From assembly GCA_903935335.1 (NCBI GenBank), contig CAIZRG010000054.1:106306-170305 (forward strand): a DNA stretch of 64,000 bases, read 5' to 3'. The notes below the pieces were generated by a model. That model saw only the letters and a list, made by a program, of their open reading frames with translations. It had not been told where the DNA came from and searched no databases. The DNA comes from Oligoflexia bacterium (GTDB lineage Bacteria > Bdellovibrionota > UBA1018). The translations under genes and the position numbers were made by a program. Of the stretch, positions 38,682 through 47,623 are shown in pieces (positions within the stretch are counted from its first letter, which is position 1; each line of letters starts with the position of its first letter).

Positions 38682-39743
38682 ATGGATATGGAATCACGAT
38701 ATTCAACTTTCAGTCGTCTAAAAATACCTCATGAAATTATCTATACCGATGCATTGGTGAAGTGGCTTATGCGGGTTGCTGAAACAAGGCCGTTCTTGGA
38801 TGAATATTTGGGTACTCCTCAAGAAGTGAACCTGCTCCGTAAGGCTAAGATAAGGGCTATTACCTATTCTAATCAGATTGAAGGTAATCACCTGGGTGAG
38901 AGTGAGGTAACCGCTGTTTTAAAGGGTAAGAGGGTTGCGGGCTCAAAAAAAGACATTAAGGAAGTGCAAAATTATCATGAGGCACTCGATTACGTAGAAA
39001 AGCTCATCGAAGACTCTAGGACGATTCGACTTGCTGATATGTGTGATCTCCAACACCTTGTAACAAAGGGTCTGATTGAAGAAAGACAGTGCGGACGGGT
39101 CCGTACAATTCCTGTCTCTATAGTGAACGCGGCCACCGGTGAGAAAATCCAGGAGTGCCCACAACCTCATGAATTAAAGGATCTTCTGGATGATTTATGG
39201 CGCTGGCTAGACGATACAAAGGATGTGAATCCATTTGTTCAGTCTTTCGCGTTTCACTTTATCGCTGTGTCGATCCATCCTTTTGTGGATGGAAATGGGC
39301 GTACGGTTCGGTTGATGCAACATCTTCTTCTCCTCTTGGGGGGGCAAGGGGTGGCTAGGTTTGTACCGAGTGAGACAGCCATTATGCGTGGCCGTGACCG
39401 TTATTACTTCGCGATTCGCCAGAGCCGTTCTCTCGGGCAACTTCATCCAATATTAGAATATTTAGCTGAATGCTTCGCTGTTTCAGCAGAAGAAGTTGTT
39501 GAGGAGGGACGTAAGCTTCTGCGTGAAAGTGCCGGTAAAACTCCAGAGGCCCGACACCGAAAAATTCTGGCTTATGCCCAGAAACAAGAAGAATTCTCGA
39601 TGCAGGATGTAGTGGGTTGGCTGCCTGATATCCCTCGTCGTACTCTCGAACGGGATATTGCTATGCTCGTGAAAAACCGTGCGTTGAAAAGTAAAGGTGA
39701 ACTCAAGGCTAGGGTCTACAGTCTGTCGAAGCGGCAGAACTAA
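38682..39743 (+). CDS. Fic family protein (class II, auto-inhibited) with a C-terminal winged HTH
   Basis: SNQIEG inhibitory motif, HPFVDGNGRTVR, C-terminal PRRTLERDI...GELKARVY. Confidence 0.92.
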   Translation: MDMESRYSTFSRLKIPHEIIYTDALVKWLMRVAETRPFLDEYLGTPQEVNLLRKAKIRAITYSNQIEGNHLGESEVTAVLKGKRVAGSKKDIKEVQNYHEALDYVEKLIEDSRTIRLADMCDLQHLVTKGLIEERQCGRVRTIPVSIVNAATGEKIQECPQPHELKDLLDDLWRWLDDTKDVNPFVQSFAFHFIAVSIHPFVDGNGRTVRLMQHLLLLLGGQGVARFVPSETAIMRGRDRYYFAIRQSRSLGQLHPILEYLAECFAVSAEEVVEEGRKLLRESAGKTPEARHRKILAYAQKQEEFSMQDVVGWLPDIPRRTLERDIAMLVKNRALKSKGELKARVYSLSKRQN

Positions 39744-39774
39744 ATATTTTGGGTGAAGTATTTTCAACGAGTAG

Positions 39775-40640
39775 GGGTGAAGTGCTAAGTTGAGTTGAAA
39801 TTCCAGTCTGACCTTTTATGGTTATTTGAAGAATGAATCAAAACCAAAACGAGAAAAGTCAGACATGAGTATCAAACTATACAACCAATCGAAAAGAGTC
39901 ATATCAGGAATCAAAGAGTTGAAGAAATATCAAGTCAGAGTTGGGACAGAGAGAGTAGGCTCTGCATGATCCAGATGCTGATTCCCCTAGGTTTAAAGGC
40001 TGTTGAGGAGGAATTACAAGGGGAGGTCAGAGAACTCTGTGGAGAAGATCGTTACGGCTGTACAGGAGGGCATAGAAAACATTGAGGGCAGAATTCTGAA
40101 TCTGTATTTGTGGGGGATCAAAAAATTAAGATCAACGTACCTCGAGTACGAGATCCAGGTTAGAAAAGAGATCCAACTAGAAAGTTATGCTCGTCTGCAA
40201 GATCCATCACATCTAGATGAAGTAGCTCTTTCTCGAGTGATCAATGGCCTGAGTCAGGGCAAGTATGAACCGGCTGCTGAGCATATCCCAGAAACCTTTG
40301 GCATCAAAAAAAGCAGCGACGTGATGGGTGAAAATGCTCTGATAGCCAGATGCCAGTGGCATAAGAGGGAAAATGTATTGAAATATTTGTCCAAAGAAAA
40401 GCGGGACAAATTTCGAAAGAAACTGCAGTCTGCTTATGAACAACCTAATGATGAGTTAGCAAAAAAAGAATTGGGGTCCATTCGTTTGGAGATAGAACCT
40501 AGGCTCCTTCGAGTCCAAGGATGGGAGCATTTAAAAGAACTTCGGGGAGCCATGAAAAAATTTACATTCATAAAAAAAGAATGAAAAGTGGCGTGAAAGT
40601 CAGAGAGTTGGTTCGAAATTTCAATGTGTTGGTGGGATTA
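39775..40640 (+). mobile_element. Degenerate IS256-family element with internal deletions
   Basis: QMLIPLGLKAVEEELQGEV, SVFVGDQKIKINVPRVR, GLSQGKYE...PETFGIKKSS, RCQWHKRENV. Several stops and frameshifts. Ends share TTGAAATT/AATTTCAA. Confidence 0.85.
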
Positions 40641-40838
40641 GTAGCCGCACCAGTAAGCTAGAATTCCGTGAACCTTCGGGTTTTGGAAGAAATCATGCAG
40701 AGCCTTGACTCTGTCTTTGATTGTCCCAGAACAATGGCCGACCGGACTTCGACAATTGGGGGCTTCCAAAATTTGGAAGCCTTTGTCCTTCAGGAATTGA
40801 TAACTCCAATTGATTGTCTCAGGCGAGGTTGCTGTCAT
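40638..40838 (-). pseudogene. LD-carboxypeptidase (S66/MccF) N-terminal fragment truncated at the IS256 end
   Basis: SGTIKDRVKALHDFFQNPKVHGILAYWCGY. Confidence 0.7.
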
Positions 40839-41376
40839 TTTTCACCCGATATAAGACATGTCTCACCATGGGGTGCCACTGAGGGACCTTAGGGTGATCA
40901 AAATCGTCGTTCGGATTATGAGTCATTCCTAAACGCTCCATGACCCCTCGTGATGAAGTGTTTTGCGGTAAGGTGAAGGCCACAATTTCAGGGAGGTTCA
41001 GTTTCTCAAACCCGAATCTCAAGGCCTCGACTGCCGCCTCTGTGGCGTAGCCATTTCCCCAGTGTTGGCGAGCAAGACGCCAGCCTATATTGACCGTCGG
41101 AGTAAAATGGGCAGCAAAGGTGACTCTTAATAGTCCGGTCGCACCAATCAGGTCTCTTGTCTTCTTGCTTTGGAGCGCCCACATGCCAAAACCTTGCTCC
41201 TCAAAATGTTTTTCGTATCGTTCTATGAGCGAATCGCTTTCGGAGCGGTTGAGCGGCTGCAAAAAGAATTTCATGGTTTCAGGATCACCATTGAGGGTTG
41301 CAAAGGGTTCTTGATCCGCGATTTGCCATCGCCTTAGGAGGAGTCTTGGTGTTTCCAGTGTAGACATCGCTGCCAT
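40819..41376 (-). CDS. GNAT (RimJ/RimL-type) acetyltransferase
   Basis: LETPRLLLR, IGWRLARQHWGNGYATEAA, NTSSRGVMERLGM. Confidence 0.92.
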   Translation of the reverse strand: MAAMSTLETPRLLLRRWQIADQEPFATLNGDPETMKFFLQPLNRSESDSLIERYEKHFEEQGFGMWALQSKKTRDLIGATGLLRVTFAAHFTPTVNIGWRLARQHWGNGYATEAAVEALRFGFEKLNLPEIVAFTLPQNTSSRGVMERLGMTHNPNDDFDHPKVPQWHPMVRHVLYRVKNDSNLA

Positions 41377-41614
41377 CTATTAAGCTGTATATGTCTCCCC
41401 ATGGGCTTTTGCAAGAAGCCTCCAGACGATTCATGAGTGCGCTTGAATGATTTTCTCAAGTGTACGGTAAATAATGGGTGCCCTTGTCATTTCGGGTCAT
41501 CACGGTTGGTAGTAGGTGAATAGAAGAAAGATATAGTCAACTATTGTTCGTAGAATTGGATTGTCGAGAAACAATTTTATCCGAGCTGAAACTCAAACAT
41601 TTTTTAAATTTTAA

Positions 41615-41691
41615 TGGGGTGACCAACGGGGCTCGAACCCGCGACCACTGGAATCACAATCCAGTGCTCTACCAACTGAGCTATGGTCACC
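41615..41691 (-). tRNA. tRNA-His(GTG)
   Basis: Reverse complement G-GTGACCA TAGCTCAGTTGGTAGAGC A CTGGA-TTGTGAT-TCCAG...GGTTCGAGCCC...TGGTCAC C CCA, with G-1:C73. Confidence 0.97.
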
Positions 41692-41885
41692 ACTTGAAAG
41701 AAAGATTCTTTTGACAAACCTTTTTCTTTCTACGTGCATTGGCTACCGCTGTCAATCCTGACTTTGAGAGCAGTTTTTCTTTAGAGTTGACCAGGACTCC
41801 CAGGAGTCAATGATGAGCTTCTGTTCTGACTTGATTTAAATCTTTTTGTATTAGAGTTTAGGGTCATACAGGGAGCTTAAGTCTA

Positions 41886-42536
41886 ATGCTGTTTGCAATG
41901 CGAAGTTGGTGTAGTTTTTATTTCCAGGCAAGAAGGTCTAGGTCGAGATTCATTTGGAGTTTAGTGGGGTTAGGCTCGGTGATTTTGATCTCACAGACTC
42001 AAGCAGGTGTTTTTAGTTTACCTCACTTGGTTAATCCCGGGCAGTTTGCAATTGGCTTTGAGCCTGGTTTTGTGATGACCGGAGGAGCTGCTATGGATAT
42101 CAATCTAAAGTATACCCATGGGATATCAGAGAGTAACAATTTGACAGGGATCGTTGGGACAGGGGGTGGAGCTCGACAATTTCGTATTGGAGGGAGTTTT
42201 AGTTTTGATCTTTTTCCTGATTTAGTCAATCAGCCTGGATTTGGTATAGCCATTCAATCTCTTTTTGTGCAGTTAGCCGGGATGACTGGAAGTTTAGAAA
42301 CCACTGCAATTCCTTATGTTCATAAATCTTTTAATACGATTTATGGAGTCGTTGAGCCTTTTTTAGCGGTTCCAATGGGTTTAGTTTTGTTTGATGGGTT
42401 TTATCGAAACTTGTCTACAGTCGTTGTAGGGAGTTTATTTGAGTACAATGAACATATCAGAAGTGTATTTGAATTTGGAGTAACGTTGAATCATACTCAG
42501 ACTTATCTATCTGGGGGAATTGTTTATTACCATTAA
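41886..42536 (+). CDS. Hypothetical outer-membrane beta-barrel protein
   Basis: Signal peptide, alternating beta strands, C-terminal YLSGGIVYYH. Confidence 0.5.
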   Translation: MLFAMRSWCSFYFQARRSRSRFIWSLVGLGSVILISQTQAGVFSLPHLVNPGQFAIGFEPGFVMTGGAAMDINLKYTHGISESNNLTGIVGTGGGARQFRIGGSFSFDLFPDLVNQPGFGIAIQSLFVQLAGMTGSLETTAIPYVHKSFNTIYGVVEPFLAVPMGLVLFDGFYRNLSTVVVGSLFEYNEHIRSVFEFGVTLNHTQTYLSGGIVYYH

Positions 42537-43440
42537 AACTCGTTATCGAGCAACTGCTTTAGCTCTTTTTGTCACGGTTGGGTTGACTGGATTAAAATTA
42601 GGGGCTGCTTTTGCTTCTCACTCGGTAGGGATGCTATCTGAGGGAGTTCATTCTTTTTTAGACTTAATTTCTGCAGCTATTTCTTTTTTCACAGTCAGAG
42701 CGGCAGGTAAACCTGCTGACGAGGATCATCCTTTTGGTCATGGGAAGATTGAAACTCTTTCTAGTCTTTTTGAGTCTCTCCTTTTAGTGGCAGCTGCAGG
42801 ACTGATTGTCTATGAAGGGGTCACTCACCTTCGTCATCCTGAGCCAGTACAGAGAGAGGGATTGGCAATTTGCGTCATTGTGATTTCTATTGGGGTAAGC
42901 TACTTGGCCTATCTCCATAATCGAAATGCGGCTCTAAAAACTGAAAGTAGTGCTTTGCATGTGAATGCCTTTCATTTTCTGTCGGATGTGATTGCAAGCT
43001 TGGGAGTCTTGCTAGGCTTAATCCTCTTGCATTGGACAAGATGGGAGATGATTGATCCTCTCATTGCGTTTGCTATTGCGGGCTATATTTTATTGATTTC
43101 GCTTAAGCAAGTGAAAAAAGCTTTGCTCGAGTTGGCTGATACTCAACTCCCTCATTCAGAGATTGAAGCGATTCGATCCTTTTTAAAAGGTGAAGGGGAT
43201 CGATTTGAAGTCCGTGAACTTCGGACTCGAAAAAGTGGTGCGACCCGGCATATTGATTTTGATCTTATTGTGTGTGGTCAGCTCTCAGTTGAGGCTTCTC
43301 ATGCGCTTTGTGATGAGCTTGAATCTAGGGTTAAATCCGCGTTCTCTCAGGCATCAGTTCATATTCATGTTGAACCTTGTGAAAAGGAAACGATTCAATG
43401 TTACACAACCTGCATCAATTACAAATACCAAAAAAGATGA
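42520..43440 (+). CDS. Cation diffusion facilitator transporter (FieF-like)
   Basis: SEGVHSFLD, HPFGHGKIE, HFLSD, IHVEP. Confidence 0.92.
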   Translation: MFITIKTRYRATALALFVTVGLTGLKLGAAFASHSVGMLSEGVHSFLDLISAAISFFTVRAAGKPADEDHPFGHGKIETLSSLFESLLLVAAAGLIVYEGVTHLRHPEPVQREGLAICVIVISIGVSYLAYLHNRNAALKTESSALHVNAFHFLSDVIASLGVLLGLILLHWTRWEMIDPLIAFAIAGYILLISLKQVKKALLELADTQLPHSEIEAIRSFLKGEGDRFEVRELRTRKSGATRHIDFDLIVCGQLSVEASHALCDELESRVKSAFSQASVHIHVEPCEKETIQCYTTCINYKYQKR

Positions 43441-44273
43441 ATCGACCCTTGGATTGGAATCAGGCCACCGCAGAGCAGATCAAAGGGATTCGAGGTGTTT
43501 GTCTGGATATTGATGATACCTTATCCACGTCTGGAAAGCTCACTTCTGAAGCTTTCTGTGCTTTATGGAAGCTCAAAGAGGCAGGATTTGTGGTGGTGCC
43601 GGTTACAGGTCGTCCAGCCGGCTGGTGTGACCACATTGCAAGGTTTTGGCCAGTCGATGCAGTGGTAGGAGAAAATGGAGCATTTAGTTTTTTTATGCAT
43701 CAGTTTATGAATCAAAAGATAAGAAAACGGATAGATACTCCCTCAGGATCAACGCCAGAAGTTCTTAAAAAAAAACTCTCACAACTCGCTCAGAAAATTC
43801 AATCTGAGTTTCCTCAAGTGATGTGGGCTTCAGATCAGGCTTATCGAGAATATGATCTAGCCATTGATGTGTACGAAGATGTCAAGCCCTGGTCCTTGGA
43901 AGCGATTCAAAAATTGCTGAAGATTTGTCACCAAGAGAAAGCGCATGCCAAGCTCTCCAGTGTTCATGTGAATGCGTGGTTTGGGGATTATGATAAGCAA
44001 AAAGGGTTTACTCATTGGCTTTTACAAGGAGCACCGGGTTGCACTCAGCCTGTGCCCTCAAAAGAGGAGTGGATCTACATTGGGGATTCTCCTAATGATG
44101 AGCCCATGTTTAGTTATTTTAAATTTTCTGTCGGAGTTTCTAATTTAAAACCTTATTTGGATCAGTTAAATTTTCTACCGACCTGGCTGACCGTCTCTCC
44201 TAGTGGTCAGGGCTTTGTTGAAATGGCAAATCGGTTAATAGAGTTTTGTAATCAGAAAAAACTATTTGAATAG
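43437..44273 (+). CDS. HAD-IIB family hydrolase
   Basis: DIDDT, VTGRPAGW, GENG, GDSPND. Likely start is the ATG at 43437. Confidence 0.9.
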   Translation: MNRPLDWNQATAEQIKGIRGVCLDIDDTLSTSGKLTSEAFCALWKLKEAGFVVVPVTGRPAGWCDHIARFWPVDAVVGENGAFSFFMHQFMNQKIRKRIDTPSGSTPEVLKKKLSQLAQKIQSEFPQVMWASDQAYREYDLAIDVYEDVKPWSLEAIQKLLKICHQEKAHAKLSSVHVNAWFGDYDKQKGFTHWLLQGAPGCTQPVPSKEEWIYIGDSPNDEPMFSYFKFSVGVSNLKPYLDQLNFLPTWLTVSPSGQGFVEMANRLIEFCNQKKLFE

Positions 44274-45284
44274 GTTGATTTTAGTGTCTTTATTTTTAGG
44301 AATTCCATAAAAAAATTCTTTTAGATCTTGAGGAAAGGGTGCTGTGAACTCCATGGATTGGCCTGTGATCGGATGTATCAGTCCCAGGAAAGAGGCATGA
44401 AGAGCATGTCTGGGAAGGATGAGCTTAGCTAAGGCTTCAGGAGTTAAAAGCCTTCGATCGTAAAAACGAAGGGCTTCTTCTTCGGGAAGTCCATAAAGTT
44501 TATCACCTACAATTGGAAACCCTGCAGCCTCTAAGTGTACCCGGATTTGATGTTGACGACCTGTTTTGGGGAAGCATTCGATGAGTGAATAAGACCCACG
44601 GACTTCCAGTTTGCGGAAGGCTGTCAGGGCTGCTTGTCCACCTTCTGACTCAGGAGTGGGGACCATTTTGAGTTCAATGAGCGAGCGAGTTGCTCGCTTA
44701 AGAGCTAAGTCAATCGTGAAAGTTTCAGGGCAAATGCCTCGTACAAGGGCCAAATAGTGTTTTTGGGTTGTTCTTTCAGCAAACTGTCGAGTGATTTCAG
44801 AGCAGGCTTTCTTATTTTTAGTGAGGACTAAAACTCCGCTCGTTTCTTTATCGATTCGGTGGACGAGATAGTACTCCCGTTTTTCACGAGTTTTGAGGTG
44901 AACCAAGAGCGTATTAAAAAAATATCGTCCTGCAGGATGAACGGGTAGAGATGGGGGTTTATTGATCACAAATAAAAACTCATCTTCATACAGGATTTTG
45001 TAATCAAACCGAACTTGGGGTTCAGGTTGACGCTCTGTTAAAACTAAAACTTCGTCGCCTGGAATTAAGTGAGAGCTGGGTTTAGGTTTACCAAAAGTGA
45101 GATGAGGACCTTGATTTCTTCTAACAGAAACGACTCCGCGGCCGATAGCCTGCTTGAGTTGCTCTCTGGATCTTTTGCGGTACCTTTGCTTGAGAAAAGT
45201 ATCTAAACGAATTCCATTCTGATGAAGGCCTACTGAATGGGTTACTAAATAGCTATGAGAGGTCAGACTTCGGGTAATATTCAT
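44262..45284 (-). CDS. RluA-family pseudouridine synthase
   Basis: S4-like RLDTFL, INKPPSLPVHP, HRIDKETSG, TGRQHQIRVH. Confidence 0.95.
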   Translation of the reverse strand: MNITRSLTSHSYLVTHSVGLHQNGIRLDTFLKQRYRKRSREQLKQAIGRGVVSVRRNQGPHLTFGKPKPSSHLIPGDEVLVLTERQPEPQVRFDYKILYEDEFLFVINKPPSLPVHPAGRYFFNTLLVHLKTREKREYYLVHRIDKETSGVLVLTKNKKACSEITRQFAERTTQKHYLALVRGICPETFTIDLALKRATRSLIELKMVPTPESEGGQAALTAFRKLEVRGSYSLIECFPKTGRQHQIRVHLEAAGFPIVGDKLYGLPEEEALRFYDRRLLTPEALAKLILPRHALHASFLGLIHPITGQSMEFTAPFPQDLKEFFYGIPKNKDTKINLFK

Positions 45285-45290
45285 TGAGTC

Positions 45291-47534
45291 CTAGTAGCGT
45301 TGCCTCATGAGAAATATGACAACTTCCTGAGCACAGAGTTGGCAATAACCAAATTTTGATTTCATGTTATGAAGGGTTTGCCGAGCGAGTTGACCTCCCT
45401 CAGAATCAGGGCCATCTTTGTCCGTATCATACGCCAAGAGAGAATTACTCATTTTTATGAGGAGGGCTTTTTGCGATTCAAAATAGTGTTTTTCTAGTTT
45501 TTTCCAGAATTCTGGAAAGACTTGAGCATAGATCATTTTTTCTTTGGGATGATCTAGTGACCAAGCCCCTAATTGAGAAAGGATATTTTGGCGAAATGGA
45601 TCTCGGTCAGCTAAAGATTCAGGAGCTTCTACAATTTTTTCAAATTCTGTGATGAGGGTGAAATCAGGATCTTCTCGTTTTCCAGTGATAGGGTTTTTGA
45701 TTTTTTCTTTTTTTAAGACAAGCGAAATTTGCATGACGTATTTTCTTAAAAAATCTTCCCATTGTGCAGAATCATAAATACCGATCGAATCTTTGACTTC
45801 CTGATCAATTTTTTGAATGTATTCGTTTCTTACTGTTTCGATAAATCCCACTACATCGTGAAATCCATCTTTGATTTCTTGCTTGAGAAATTCATATTCT
45901 GAAGTACGTTTAACGAACTCCTCAAGTTCTCGAAGGACTGCTAGAGGAGAAAGGCAGGGATACTCTGAGTTTTGTGCTGAGTCAAATAGCAAAGATTTTA
46001 TTTCACGGGCTGAAGCTCCGATTCTGCCTTCATAATAGGGAATATTTTCATATTCTTCTTTTAATTTTTTCAAAGAAGCTTTCAAAAGCTTCCGATCTTC
46101 AGGAGAAAGTGAGCTGGGTAAGTCCCCTGAGTCATAGAGCCGAGCTTTGTCCAGAGGACCCATATTCGAAATGAGAGTCCCTAAGTGAGAAGGGTAGTTC
46201 AGGTTGTTTGGTTTCTTGAGTCGAGTTAAAACGCTCCATAAGGAAACGCTCCAAGCTACATGAGGGGTAACATGTTTTTCATGAGCCATTTGAGTGAGAA
46301 GTGGAGTATAAATTTCTTTTTCCCGACTGACAGAAAGAAGGTATGGAACACGAATCAGATCAATTCTGGCCTTAAAACTCGTGAAATCAGGAAATTCTTT
46401 AAAAGCATCCAGTTGAATTTCATTGGTTGAGCCCAGCAAGAGGGAGTCCAGATAAGCAATACTATTTCCAATATTGACTGAACCCGTCTCACAGGCTGTT
46501 AATAAATATTTAAATGAATCTATGGGTCTTTTAAGTAAATCACTGTACTCAATAAGACCTCGATTACCTTCAATCAAATCTCCCGTAAGCGAAAAGAGGT
46601 TGATATTTTGTAAGGAAGCGGGCAAGGAACTCATGTTCTTGTTATAAGTTAACTGATGGTATTGAGCGTCTACATGCATTTGCGGCTCAATTGTGATGAG
46701 TCCTTTGCGGTAGCGGCGAGCAAGATAAATTCTCTCGATTTGGATATACTTTAAAAGCTTTCTAAAATCTCCACCTGCTGTGGTCAGTATTGCATCAGCA
46801 ATTTGTTTACATCTGTGGCAAAGGTCCCCATGAGTTAAATAGTGTGGAAGCGATTCCAACAGCTCTTTGTTTTTAGAGCCAAGCAGCTCTTCTAAAATTT
46901 GTTTTCTCTGTTCTTGCGGAATGAGCAGTAGGGGATGGTCTTTCAGCTCACACGGAATTCGTGCTGCAATTTCATCCTCGGAAAGCTTGGCAAATGAACT
47001 AAAAGGGTCCTGTGGAGATGAAGGCGAGTGAATGCCAAGACTTCCTTTTGTGTAACGTTCGATCGGAAAAATCCAATTAAAGGAATAGAGTGCCCCGTCT
47101 GCCTCTTTCGAATAACGTTCAAGTCCACCCATGAGACTATGGATGATGGAACTTTTGGCACTTCCATTGGGTCCATGCAATAAAATGAGTTTGTTGTTGA
47201 AGCCTTGCCGAGAAAAAGCTTTGAGGCAACGGTAAATTTGGTTTTGAACCCATTCTTGCCCAACAATTTGAGTTGTGACACCCTCTACAGGAAAATCAAA
47301 AATTTTAAAGCGTTGATTATTTCCACTGGTAGAATGGCTTGATGGATTTTCTGGAAGCTCAGATTTTCCGTAAAAATCCATCATTTCTAATGCATATTGA
47401 GCTGATCCACGGCACTGACTCTTTATGTTTTCAGAAAAAAAATCCAAATATTCATCAAAAGACAATACTCTTTGATGGGAGTTAAAATCCTGTTGAATAG
47501 CTTGATCCATTGATTCTAGAATTTCTTTTCCCAC
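45291..47534 (-). CDS. PrkA/YeaG family AAA serine protein kinase
   Basis: LLHGPNGSAKSS, DHPLLLIP, GNRGLIEYSDLLKRP, YEGRIGASARE. Confidence 0.88.
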   Translation of the reverse strand: MGKEILESMDQAIQQDFNSHQRVLSFDEYLDFFSENIKSQCRGSAQYALEMMDFYGKSELPENPSSHSTSGNNQRFKIFDFPVEGVTTQIVGQEWVQNQIYRCLKAFSRQGFNNKLILLHGPNGSAKSSIIHSLMGGLERYSKEADGALYSFNWIFPIERYTKGSLGIHSPSSPQDPFSSFAKLSEDEIAARIPCELKDHPLLLIPQEQRKQILEELLGSKNKELLESLPHYLTHGDLCHRCKQIADAILTTAGGDFRKLLKYIQIERIYLARRYRKGLITIEPQMHVDAQYHQLTYNKNMSSLPASLQNINLFSLTGDLIEGNRGLIEYSDLLKRPIDSFKYLLTACETGSVNIGNSIAYLDSLLLGSTNEIQLDAFKEFPDFTSFKARIDLIRVPYLLSVSREKEIYTPLLTQMAHEKHVTPHVAWSVSLWSVLTRLKKPNNLNYPSHLGTLISNMGPLDKARLYDSGDLPSSLSPEDRKLLKASLKKLKEEYENIPYYEGRIGASAREIKSLLFDSAQNSEYPCLSPLAVLRELEEFVKRTSEYEFLKQEIKDGFHDVVGFIETVRNEYIQKIDQEVKDSIGIYDSAQWEDFLRKYVMQISLVLKKEKIKNPITGKREDPDFTLITEFEKIVEAPESLADRDPFRQNILSQLGAWSLDHPKEKMIYAQVFPEFWKKLEKHYFESQKALLIKMSNSLLAYDTDKDGPDSEGGQLARQTLHNMKSKFGYCQLCAQEVVIFLMRQRY

Positions 47535-47623
47535 AAATACCTATCCCTTAGTTATAGTAAAGCCATTTGTGACCCCATAATCCCTACCTGAAGATCATTT
47601 TAGCATAACCCGGAAGAGGGGTG

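Noticed and set aside
28643-41614. Intact prophage or ICE between tRNA-Glu and tRNA-His
   Set aside because: No integrase, structural, replication or conjugation genes, and no att duplication found by eye.
45291-47534. PrkA without adjacent YeaH/SpoVR partners
   Set aside because: Partners may lie elsewhere in the genome. Cannot be judged from this window.
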